Positions 1 through 7,992 of a stretch of 24,000 nucleotides of DNA are shown here, piece by piece. Each line of letters starts with the position of its first letter. Within the stretch, counting starts at the first letter, position 1. Under the pieces are notes generated by a model. It saw only the letters and a program-made list of their open reading frames with translations. It did not search any database and was not told the DNA's origin. The DNA lies in the NCBI GenBank assembly GCA_020024555.1, contig JAHHTQ010000001.1, positions 7,333 through 31,332 on the forward strand. Direction: 5' to 3'. A program made the position numbers and the translations under genes. The stretch is from Angelakisella sp. (GTDB lineage Bacteria > Bacillota > Clostridia > Oscillospirales > Ruminococcaceae).

Positions 1-778
1 CTAAAATTTGTGAAAGCTGAGAAAGTGAATGGTCAGTGGTTATTAAAAGATATTTTGCTTCTTCGATGCGTTTTTCGAGCATATAGTTAATTGGGGAATA
101 TCCATAGTTTTCTTTAAATGTGTGCGCGAGATAGTATTTATTTATATGCGCGGTTTCTGCGAGTAAATCAAGAGTTAAATCCTGTTTAAAGTGATTGTCG
201 ATATAGTTTTTGATTATGGCGCATTCTCGGGAGACATTTTGTGTATTTGATATTGCCAGTATGGAATTATTTTGTCTAAGCACATTTATGATAAAAAGTT
301 CAAAAAGGTGTTGGCAATATTTTGTTTGAAATATATCCTTTCCCTGAATTTCGTTTATAAGTGAGTTTAGTATAAAATTCATTGTATCTTTTTGCTTTTC
401 AAAACTGCTTACAAGATATTCCTGATTTTTAATTTCGTTAATTTCAAATTTTATTCCTTCAACAGCCAATACAATATAGCTTAGCGGATTATCTTTATCC
501 GGTGATTTTTCTGTATGGCTTATGTTTGAATTTATTATAATCAAGTCATTTGCTTTTATATCATATACTTTATCTTCAATATATACTATACCTTTTCCGC
601 TTGTCACATAAAATATTTCGGTAAAATAGTGTGTGTGCATAATACTGTCCCAGTCGTGTTCAAAAGTTGATGTGGCAACAGATAACAGTTTGTATTTATT
701 TTCATTATCGATATTTTCATTTATGATATTGGTTTGTTCGTTTATATCATAAATATAGTCATAATGTTTATTACTCAT
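1..778 (-). CDS. AraC/XylS-family transcriptional regulator (N-terminal cupin-like sensor, C-terminal HTH); C-terminus runs off the left window edge
   Basis: Absent from the ORF track because it has no stop in the window. Reverse-strand ATG at 778-776 opens a frame that stays open to position 2: MSNKHYDYIYDIN...HTHYFTEIFYVTSGKG...CAIIKNYIDNHFKQDLTLDLLAETAHINKYYLAHTFKENYGYSPINYMLEKRIEEAKYLLITTDHSLSQ, a typical AraC double HTH. Alternative in-frame ATG at 799. GGAGG (793-797) sits 14 nt before the 778 start, so the start is uncertain. Divergent from the sugar operon. Confidence 0.85.
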   Translation of the reverse strand, partial: MSNKHYDYIYDINEQTNIINENIDNENKYKLLSVATSTFEHDWDSIMHTHYFTEIFYVTSGKGIVYIEDKVYDIKANDLIIINSNISHTEKSPDKDNPLSYIVLAVEGIKFEINEIKNQEYLVSSFEKQKDTMNFILNSLINEIQGKDIFQTKYCQHLFELFIINVLRQNNSILAISNTQNVSRECAIIKNYIDNHFKQDLTLDLLAETAHINKYYLAHTFKENYGYSPINYMLEKRIEEAKYLLITTDHSLSQLSQIL

Positions 779-1132
779 AATTAATGCCAATTCCTCCATA
801 GATAAATTATTGAAACGTATCGTTATTATGATTAAAAAATATTGTCATAATTTAGTTATTTTGCTTTATTAATATTGTTTTAAAATGAGATGATTTAATT
901 TTGTCAAAATAACATATTGTTTATATAGATATATTTTAACTTATTTTACTGAAAAAAACATTGACAAAACAACTAAAATATTTAAATAAATTTATGTATT
1001 TTATTCAAAATAGAAAAAACAGAAAAAATCAAATTAAAAAACATAAAACATAATTTGTAGCATTTTGCTATAAATTGTCGTTAAAAAATAAACGAAAAGC
1101 AATATATCTAAAAAATTAAGCAATAAGCGGTC

Positions 1133-1160
1133 TTGCGAAAAATTTTGAAAATAGTATAAT
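1133..1160 (+). promoter_or_regulatory. Candidate sigma-A promoter of the GNB/LNB operon
   Basis: TTGCGA (1133-1138), 16-nt spacer, TATAAT (1155-1160), about 50 nt upstream of the SBP start codon. Best match in the 435-bp divergent region. Confidence 0.5.
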
Positions 1161-1212
1161 TTAGTTAATGAGTGACATAAGAAAAGTCACTTAAAAATAG
1201 GAGGAAGAATAA

Positions 1213-2601
1213 ATGAAAAAGTTTTTAAGCGTAGTTTTGGCAATGACACTTGTGCTTACTTCGTTTGCAGGCTGTGGTAAGACAGAGACAAACACAAGCG
1301 CAAACACAGAAACATCTACAAGCACAAGCACACCGGAAAATACAGATAAACCTGCTCCAAAAGGCAAAATAACAGTTGCAGCACTTGAATCTGCTTATGG
1401 TGTGGAGGCATGGAAAGAGGTTACAGCAGCATACACAAAACAAACAGGTGTAGAAGTTAACCTAATAACAGATAAAAACATCGAAGATGTTATAGGCGCA
1501 AATATGAAAGCCGGCGAATATCCTGACGTTGTTCACCTAGCAACAGGACGTCCTGCCGCTTTGACAGAAACAATGATAAAAGACAATGCTTTGACAGACT
1601 TGACAGATATGCTTTCAATGACTGTTCCGGGCGAAACAAAGAAAGTTTCCGAAAAAATAGCGAAAGGTTTTACAGAGTCATCTCTTACAAACCCATATTC
1701 AGACGGTAAGACATACTTAGCACCAATGTTCTATGGTCCATGCGGACTTTTCTACAACCAAGGATTATTTGAGGCAAAAGGCTGGACAGTTCCAACTACT
1801 TGGGACGAAATGTGGGCTTTGGGTGACAAAGCAAAAGCGGAAGGTATAGCGCTGTTTACATATCCGACAGCAGGTTATTTTGATGCTTTCTTCTATGCGC
1901 TTGTATACTCAGTTGGCGGCGCAAGCTTCTTTGACAAAGTTACAAACTATGCAGAGGGCGTATGGGATACACCGGAAGGTAAACAAGTTATAGATATCAT
2001 CGCTAAACTTGCTACATACACAGAAAAATCAGTTCCATCAAACGCAAATAATGATAACTTCCTAAAAAACCAACAACTTGTTCTTGATAACAAGGCGCTA
2101 TTTATGCCAAACGGTACATGGGTAGTAGGTGAAATGGCAAATGCTCCACGCGCAGACGGATTTAAATGGGGACTTACAGCACTACCAGCTGTTAAACAAG
2201 GTGGCGACCGTTATTCATTCACATGGTTCGAGCAAATTTGGATACCTGCGGCAGCAGAAAACAAAGAAGATGCTAAGAGCTTTATAGCATATCTATATTC
2301 AGACGAAGCGGCAAAGATTTTTGCAAAACAACGTGAAGGTTCACAACCTGCAATCCAACCAATCATCGGTCTTGCAGATTCATTAGAGGGCGACAACAAA
2401 TTGTTTTACAGCATTTATGACAATGGTGCAAAAGCAGCTTTGGGCGGATTTGCAGCAACAGATCCAGTTGAAGGTGTAAGTATTGCAGAAGCAACATTTG
2501 AGGCGGTAAACTCACTGGTAAGCGGTGACAAAACAGCAGAAGATTATAAAGCAGGCATAGTAAAAGCTAGTGATGCTCTACGTCCACACCTAAAAAAATA
2601 A
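1213..2601 (+). CDS. ABC transporter substrate-binding lipoprotein (family-1 extracellular solute-binding protein), probable GNB/LNB-binding protein
   Basis: 462-aa ORF with AGGAGG 7 nt upstream. Signal peptide with lipobox FAGC, a Thr/Ser/Asn-rich linker, then a sugar-SBP-like body. First gene of an operon with two MalFG-type permeases and a GH112 phosphorylase. Confidence 0.9.
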   Translation: MKKFLSVVLAMTLVLTSFAGCGKTETNTSANTETSTSTSTPENTDKPAPKGKITVAALESAYGVEAWKEVTAAYTKQTGVEVNLITDKNIEDVIGANMKAGEYPDVVHLATGRPAALTETMIKDNALTDLTDMLSMTVPGETKKVSEKIAKGFTESSLTNPYSDGKTYLAPMFYGPCGLFYNQGLFEAKGWTVPTTWDEMWALGDKAKAEGIALFTYPTAGYFDAFFYALVYSVGGASFFDKVTNYAEGVWDTPEGKQVIDIIAKLATYTEKSVPSNANNDNFLKNQQLVLDNKALFMPNGTWVVGEMANAPRADGFKWGLTALPAVKQGGDRYSFTWFEQIWIPAAAENKEDAKSFIAYLYSDEAAKIFAKQREGSQPAIQPIIGLADSLEGDNKLFYSIYDNGAKAALGGFAATDPVEGVSIAEATFEAVNSLVSGDKTAEDYKAGIVKASDALRPHLKK

Positions 2602-2655
2602 GTATTAAAAAAATATGGCGCTATTAAAGAAATAGAGCTTGTATAATACATAGTT

Positions 2656-2693
2656 TATGGTGAGTAGAAAGTCCTACTCACCATAATTTTTTT
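2656..2693 (+). terminator. Intrinsic terminator/attenuator between the SBP gene and the permease genes
   Basis: Perfect 12-bp stem TATGGTGAGTAG (2656-2667) / CTACTCACCATA (2674-2685), 6-nt loop, then A plus T7 (2686-2693). Intra-operon position is typical for over-expression of the SBP relative to the permeases. Confidence 0.8.
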
Positions 2694-2786
2694 ATAATTA
2701 AAATAATTTTTATAAAAAGTATTTTGATGATAAAAGAATTTAATTTGCAAAAAGATTTATTTAAAAATGTAAGGAGGGGTATTTTT

Positions 2787-3677
2787 ATGGATAAACAAAA
2801 GGGCAGAGGCAAATTTGTATTTTTGTGCGTTGCGCCGGCAGTGATATTGTTTACCATATTTATGGTTATACCAACATTTAATATATTTAAAATGTCTCTT
2901 TATAAATGGGGCGGATATTCAAACAATAAAACATTTATAGGTTTTGAAAATTTCAGAAAACTCTTTAATGACCAAAAATTTTTGGGAGCTTTCCAAAACA
3001 CAATACTAATGATAGTAATCGTTACAATAGTTACTTTTGCGTTCGCGCTGGTATTTGCGGCAATACTTCAACGTGAAAAAATAAAGGGACAAAACTTTTT
3101 CAGAATTATATTCTACATACCGAATATTTTGTCAGTTGTTGTAATAAGCGCAATTTTCAGCGCAATATATGATGCAAATAACGGTATGCTTAACAGCATA
3201 GTCAATCTGTTCAGAAATGCCAATGAACCTATATATTGGCTGGGTGACCAAAAGATAGTTATATATGCAATTATCGGCGCTATGATATGGCAGGCGATAG
3301 GTTATTATATGGTTATGTATATGGCAAGTATGGCGGCAGTTCCGGAAAGTCTGTATGAAAGCGCAAATCTTGAAGGAGCAAGCAGACTTACACAGTTCTT
3401 CCAAATTACAATACCACTGATATGGACAAATATCAGAACAACACTTACTTTCTTTATAATAAGCAGTATAAATCTAAGTTTCCTATTTGTAAAAGCAATG
3501 ACAGGCGGCGGACCAGATGGCGCGAGTGAAGTATTCCTAAGCTATATGTATAAACAAGCTTACACAAATTCAAGCTATGGTTACGGTATGGCGATAGGCG
3601 TACTTGTGTTCTTATTCTCGTTTGCGCTCAGCGCTGTCATAAATGCGGTTACAAAACGTGAAGTTATAGAACTGTAA
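2787..3677 (+). CDS. Carbohydrate ABC transporter permease (MalF/CUT1-type)
   Basis: ORF track 2724-3677 begins at a TTG. I prefer the ATG at 2787, preceded by AAGGAGG (2771-2777) with 9-nt spacing. Multi-TM protein with the EAA loop ESANLEGASRLTQFFQITIPL. Confidence 0.9.
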   Translation: MDKQKGRGKFVFLCVAPAVILFTIFMVIPTFNIFKMSLYKWGGYSNNKTFIGFENFRKLFNDQKFLGAFQNTILMIVIVTIVTFAFALVFAAILQREKIKGQNFFRIIFYIPNILSVVVISAIFSAIYDANNGMLNSIVNLFRNANEPIYWLGDQKIVIYAIIGAMIWQAIGYYMVMYMASMAAVPESLYESANLEGASRLTQFFQITIPLIWTNIRTTLTFFIISSINLSFLFVKAMTGGGPDGASEVFLSYMYKQAYTNSSYGYGMAIGVLVFLFSFALSAVINAVTKREVIEL

Positions 3678-3696
3678 AGAAAGGAGATTTATTTAA

Positions 3697-4578
3697 ATGA
3701 AAAGTAATAATGCAAAAGAAAAAATATTTAAAATATTTGTGTATGTCGCATTAATCGCTCTTGCAATAACAATAATTATTCCTATTCTTTGGGTGTTTAT
3801 GGCATCATTCCGTGACAATAGCGAATTTTACGGCAATCCTTGGGCATTACCAAAGAGTTTGCGTTGGGAAAACTTTGTGGAGGCGTGGACAACAGCCCGT
3901 ATGGGTGAATTTATGCTAAACAGTATACTCACAACTGCAATGGCTCTTGTAATGCTGTTGGTAATCGCTTTGCCGGCGGCATATTGTTTGAGCAGATTTA
4001 AGTTTAGGGGTAAAAAGTTCCTAAATACAATGTTTATGGCAGGACTTTTTATTAATGTAAACTATATTGTTGTACCTATATTTTTGATGTTTGTTGATGC
4101 AGATAAATTTTTAAAATCTATGGGACTTGAAAGATTTTTCTTAAATAATATTTTTGTACTTGCTTTGGTTTATGCGTCAACGGCGCTTCCTTTTACAATC
4201 TATTTGTTATCTGGATATTTCGTAAGTTTGCCTGTTGCCTATGAGGAGGCGGCTTATGTTGACGGAGCCGGATATTTCAGAACAATGGTGCAAATAATTT
4301 TCCCAATGGCAAAGCCAAGTATTATAACAATAATCTTGTTTAACTTCCTATCATTTTGGAATGAATATATTATAGCTATGACAATGCTATCCGACCCAAA
4401 AGGACCAAAAACTTTACCTGTCGGACTGATGAACCTAATGAAAGCGCAAAATGCCGCCGCCGAATATGGCAGAATGTACGCGGGACTTGTTCTTGTAATG
4501 TTACCGACACTTATTTTGTATATTTGTGTTCAAAAGAAACTTACACAGGGTATGACCTTGGGTGGATTGAAAGGCTAG
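3697..4578 (+). CDS. Carbohydrate ABC transporter permease (MalG/CUT1-type)
   Basis: 293-aa ORF with RBS AAAGGAG upstream. Six predicted TM stretches and the EAA loop EEAAYVDGAGYFRTMVQIIFPMAKP. Confidence 0.9.
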   Translation: MKSNNAKEKIFKIFVYVALIALAITIIIPILWVFMASFRDNSEFYGNPWALPKSLRWENFVEAWTTARMGEFMLNSILTTAMALVMLLVIALPAAYCLSRFKFRGKKFLNTMFMAGLFINVNYIVVPIFLMFVDADKFLKSMGLERFFLNNIFVLALVYASTALPFTIYLLSGYFVSLPVAYEEAAYVDGAGYFRTMVQIIFPMAKPSIITIILFNFLSFWNEYIIAMTMLSDPKGPKTLPVGLMNLMKAQNAAAEYGRMYAGLVLVMLPTLILYICVQKKLTQGMTLGGLKG

Positions 4579-4587
4579 GTGATAATA

Positions 4588-4764
4588 ATGAGTGATACAG
4601 TTAAAAAAATACTAAATGTAATATATGTAATAGTATTTATTGTTTCTATGTATTTATTGATTATTGGTCAAAGAGATATAAGCGGAACAGGGCTTATAAA
4701 AATGTTAATAGCCTTAGTAGGTGTTTTGTCTTTATTATACATATACAACCGAAAATACAAATAA
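4588..4764 (+). CDS. Small two-TM membrane protein (58 aa; 61 aa if the GTG at 4579 is used), unknown function
   Basis: ORF directly abuts the permease stop (TAG 4576-4578). AGGTGA (4577-4582) lies 5 nt before the ATG at 4588. Two hydrophobic helices (ILNVIYVIVFIVSMYLLIIG, LIKMLIALVGVLSLLYIY) joined by a charged loop, with a basic C-terminus NRKYK. Confidence 0.6.
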   Translation: MSDTVKKILNVIYVIVFIVSMYLLIIGQRDISGTGLIKMLIALVGVLSLLYIYNRKYK

Positions 4765-4788
4765 ATTTTTTATAGGAGATATAAAGTT

Positions 4789-6951
4789 ATGGAAAACATA
4801 AGGGGCAGAGTTACTATACCGACAGATGTTGACGTAGTACCACAAACTCTTGAATTGATAGAAAAATGGGGAGCAGATGCCATTCGTGATTGTGACGGAA
4901 CGAATTATCCGGAAGAACTCAAAAAGACAGATGCAAAAGTATATAGTACATATTACACAACAAGAAAGGACAATGAATGGGCAAAGGCAAATCCTGACGA
5001 AGTGCAACAGTGCTATATTATGACGGGTTTTCATACAGCAACATTTGAAACTCTTAAAATAAATCTATTGCAAGGTATATCTGACGAATTAATGCAAGTT
5101 AATATTCGAGATGACATTAAACGTTGGTGGGAAGTAATTGACAGAACTATCGGAGAGCCTATAAATCCGAATGATTTTGATTACGATGAAAACACAGGTA
5201 ATGTTGTAATAAAGAATGCTGTTCCTTTCCACGATTATACGGTAAGTTTTCTTGCATATCTTATTTGGGATCCGGTGCATATGTATAATGCTGTTGTCAA
5301 TGATTGGAAAGACTTTGAACATCAGATTACTTTTGATGTTCGCCAACCTAAAACCCACAAATATTCTATGGAGAGACTACGCAAATTTATTGCAGACAAT
5401 CCTCATGTAGATGTAATTAGATACACAACATTTTTCCATCAATTCACACTTGTTTTTGATGAACTTAAAAGAGAAAAATATGTTGATTGGTATGGATATT
5501 CGGCATCGGTAAGCCCATATATCCTTGAACAGTTTGAAAAAGAAGTTGGCTACAAATTCCGTCCCGAATTTATTATAGATGAGGGTTATTATAATAATCA
5601 ATACCGTATTCCGTCAAAAGAATTTAAAGATTTCCAAAAATTCCAAAGAAAAGAAGTTGCAAAACTTGCGAAAGAAATGACGGATATCACACACGAATGT
5701 GGCAAAGAGGCTATGATGTTCTTGGGTGACCATTGGATAGGTACAGAGCCGTTTATGGAGGAGTTTAAGACAATAGGACTCGATGCGGTTGTTGGCAGTG
5801 TCGGTAATGGTTCAACACTTAGACTTATAAGTGATATCGAAGGGGTAAAATATACAGAGGGTAGACTTTTGCCCTATTTCTTCCCTGATACATTCCACGA
5901 GGGAGGCAACCCTGTAAAAGAGGCAAAGGAAAATTGGGTAACTGCCAGACGCGCAATTTTGCGTAAGCCGATAGACAGAATAGGTTATGGCGGATATTTG
6001 AAACTTGCTTGCGATTTTCCCGAATTTATAAGTTATGTGGAGAGTGTTTGCAACGAATTTCGTGAGCTTTACGAAAACATAAAAGGCACAACGCCATATT
6101 GCATAAAGAAAGTTGCAGTGCTTAACTCTTGGGGAAAAATGCGCGCTTGGGGCTGTCATATGGTTCATCATGCTTTGTATCAAAAACAAAATTACAGCTA
6201 TGCAGGTGTAATAGAAGCGCTTAGCGGCGCGGCTTTTGACGTAAAATTTATTAGCTTTGACGATATAAAAGCCGATAAAAATATACTTAAAGATATTGAT
6301 GTAATAATAAATGTAGGTGATGCCGATACAGCTCATACAGGCGGTTTTGAGTGGGAAAATCCTGTAATATCATCGGCAATAAAGGAATTTGTATATAATG
6401 GAGGTGGCTTTATAGGTATCGGTGAACCATCTGGACACCAGTATCAAGGACATTATCTTCAACTTGCAAATGTACTCGGCGTAGAAAAAGAGACAGGTTT
6501 TACGCTAAATTATGATAAATATAACTGGGAAGAAGTCGGTAAGCACTTTATAACAGAAGATTGCAAGGCAGATGTGGACTTTGGTGAGGGTAAAAAGAGT
6601 ATCTATGCCTATGAGGGTACGCAAATTCTTTCGCAAAAAGACAAAGAAGTGCAAATGGCTGTCAATGAGTACGGAAAAGGACGCAGCGTATATATCAGCG
6701 GTTTGCCATACAGTTTTGAAAATTCACGTGTTCTATACAGAAGTATTTTGTGGAGTACGCATGAAGAAGAAAATTTACATAAATGGTTCAGTACAAACTA
6801 TAATGTAGAAGTACATGCCTATGTTAAAAACGGAAAATACTGTGTTGTAAACAATACCTATGAGCCACAGACAACAACAGTGTATCGTGGTGACGGTTCA
6901 AGTTTTGAAATTTCTCTTGAAGCGAACCAAATTCTATGGTACAATATTTAA
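4789..6951 (+). CDS. lnpA: 1,3-beta-galactosyl-N-acetylhexosamine phosphorylase (GH112; lacto-N-biose/galacto-N-biose phosphorylase)
   Basis: 720 aa. Blocks match my memory of Bifidobacterium longum LnpA along the whole length: WGADAIRDCDGT, YTVSFLAYLIWDPVHMYN, GKEAMMFLGDHWIGTEP, VKYTEGRLLPYFFPDTF, GYGGYLKLA, LNSWGKMRAW, YGKGRSVYISGLPYS. Confidence 0.95.
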   Translation: MENIRGRVTIPTDVDVVPQTLELIEKWGADAIRDCDGTNYPEELKKTDAKVYSTYYTTRKDNEWAKANPDEVQQCYIMTGFHTATFETLKINLLQGISDELMQVNIRDDIKRWWEVIDRTIGEPINPNDFDYDENTGNVVIKNAVPFHDYTVSFLAYLIWDPVHMYNAVVNDWKDFEHQITFDVRQPKTHKYSMERLRKFIADNPHVDVIRYTTFFHQFTLVFDELKREKYVDWYGYSASVSPYILEQFEKEVGYKFRPEFIIDEGYYNNQYRIPSKEFKDFQKFQRKEVAKLAKEMTDITHECGKEAMMFLGDHWIGTEPFMEEFKTIGLDAVVGSVGNGSTLRLISDIEGVKYTEGRLLPYFFPDTFHEGGNPVKEAKENWVTARRAILRKPIDRIGYGGYLKLACDFPEFISYVESVCNEFRELYENIKGTTPYCIKKVAVLNSWGKMRAWGCHMVHHALYQKQNYSYAGVIEALSGAAFDVKFISFDDIKADKNILKDIDVIINVGDADTAHTGGFEWENPVISSAIKEFVYNGGGFIGIGEPSGHQYQGHYLQLANVLGVEKETGFTLNYDKYNWEEVGKHFITEDCKADVDFGEGKKSIYAYEGTQILSQKDKEVQMAVNEYGKGRSVYISGLPYSFENSRVLYRSILWSTHEEENLHKWFSTNYNVEVHAYVKNGKYCVVNNTYEPQTTTVYRGDGSSFEISLEANQILWYNI

Positions 6952-6971
6952 ACAATTTACTGATTAAGAAA

Positions 6972-6999
6972 ATATCCCTGAATATAGGGGTGTTTTCTT
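6972..6999 (+). terminator. Weak hairpin / possible partial terminator after the GH112 gene
   Basis: ATATCCCT (6972-6979) / AGGGGTGT (6986-6993) gives an 8-bp stem containing two G-U pairs, followed by TTTCTT. This is marginal and probably allows read-through into the next two genes. Confidence 0.3.
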
Positions 7000-7052
7000 A
7001 AATATTATATAAATATATTGTATATGTATTTATAAAAAGGAGTGTTTTTAGT

Positions 7053-7982
7053 ATGAAGAAACCTATATTGGTGGTAATGGCAGCAGGAATGGGCAGCAGA
7101 TACGGCGGACTTAAACAAATGGACGCTATCGGCGAAAACGGCGAAGTAATTATTGATTATTCTATATATGACGCTGTAAAAGCAGGTTTTGAAAAAGCTG
7201 TTATTATAATTAAACATGAAATAGAAGAAGATTTTAAACGTCTTGTTGGCGATAGACTTGCAAAACATATTGAGATAGAATATGCTTATCAAGAAGTAAA
7301 TACATTGCCAGAGGGCTATGCAGTACCAAGCGACAGAGTGAAACCGTGGGGAACTTGTCACGCAATACTGAGCGCAAAAGGACTTATTGACTCCCCATTT
7401 GCAGTAATAAATGCCGATGACTTTTATGGCGCCGATGCTTTCAAAAAAATATATGACTATCTAAGTCAGGCGCAGGACACAGACAAATACGACTACTGTA
7501 TGGTAGGATATGTACTGAAAAACACACTTACAGAAAACGGACACGTTGCTCGTGGAGTTTGCAAAGCCAATGCAGAAGGCTATTTGACAGATGTTACAGA
7601 GAGAACACACATAGAAAAATGCACTTGCGAAATGGGCGCAAAATACACGGAAGACGATTGCAAAACATGGACACCTATTGACCAAAACAGCATAGTAAGT
7701 ATGAACTTATGGGGATTTACGCCAAACTTTACAAAAGAAGCTGAAAACAGATTCAGCGCATTTTTGGACGAAAATCTGGAAAAAAATCCGCTAAAATGCG
7801 AATACTTTTTACCAACAGTTGTAAATCAACTTTTGACAGAAAATAAAGCAACGGTAAAAGTACTTACAAGCGCGGACAGATGGTATGGCGTAACATATCA
7901 CGAAGACAAAGAGACCGTAGTAAATGCAATCCGAGAAAAACACACAAACGGTACATACCCAACACCACTTTGGAAGGAGTAA
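7053..7982 (+). CDS. Sugar-1-phosphate nucleotidylyltransferase family protein (putative HexNAc-1-P uridylyltransferase)
   Basis: 309 aa with RBS AAGGAG upstream. N-terminal glycine-rich NTP-transferase loop VVMAAGMGSRYGGLKQ, followed by INADDFYG. Sits between the GH112 phosphorylase and nahK. Confidence 0.8.
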   Translation: MKKPILVVMAAGMGSRYGGLKQMDAIGENGEVIIDYSIYDAVKAGFEKAVIIIKHEIEEDFKRLVGDRLAKHIEIEYAYQEVNTLPEGYAVPSDRVKPWGTCHAILSAKGLIDSPFAVINADDFYGADAFKKIYDYLSQAQDTDKYDYCMVGYVLKNTLTENGHVARGVCKANAEGYLTDVTERTHIEKCTCEMGAKYTEDDCKTWTPIDQNSIVSMNLWGFTPNFTKEAENRFSAFLDENLEKNPLKCEYFLPTVVNQLLTENKATVKVLTSADRWYGVTYHEDKETVVNAIREKHTNGTYPTPLWKE

Positions 7983-7992
7983 TATAAAATAT

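Noticed and set aside
815-835. Possible CcpA cre site around TTGAAACGTATCGTTA in the AraC/operon spacer.
   Set aside because: The central CG is offset by one position relative to the cre consensus TGWAANCGNTNWCA, so the match is not good enough to call.
1225-1443. Cys-rich 72-aa antisense ORF (MFCVCCCNLFPC...) that at first glance resembles a cysteine-rich peptide.
   Set aside because: It is the complement of the ACA/AGC-rich Thr/Ser linker of the lipoprotein SBP, because TGT is the complement of ACA. It has no RBS and is embedded in a confident gene.
2724-2786. TTG-initiated 21-codon extension of the first permease.
   Set aside because: The ATG at 2787 is preceded by a perfect AAGGAGG at 9-nt spacing. 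The extension lies in the AT-rich spacer just after the attenuator hairpin.
1213-4578. The ABC importer operon lacks an ATPase gene.
   Set aside because: This is normal for CUT1 sugar importers of Firmicutes, which share a separately encoded MsmK/MsmX-type ATPase. It is not an anomaly.
5812-6336. 174-aa minus-strand ORF, plus 5089-5358 and 5377-5601, lying inside the GH112 gene.
   Set aside because: These ORFs are fully embedded antisense to a strongly supported gene. They have no SD and a junk-like Ile/Phe/Tyr/Cys-rich composition typical of shadow ORFs in AT-rich DNA.
7924-7992. Upstream 23-codon extension of nahK given in the ORF track.
   Set aside because: It overlaps the 3' end of the NTP-transferase gene by 59 nt. 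Similarity to NahK begins only at the ATG at 7993, which has an SD upstream.
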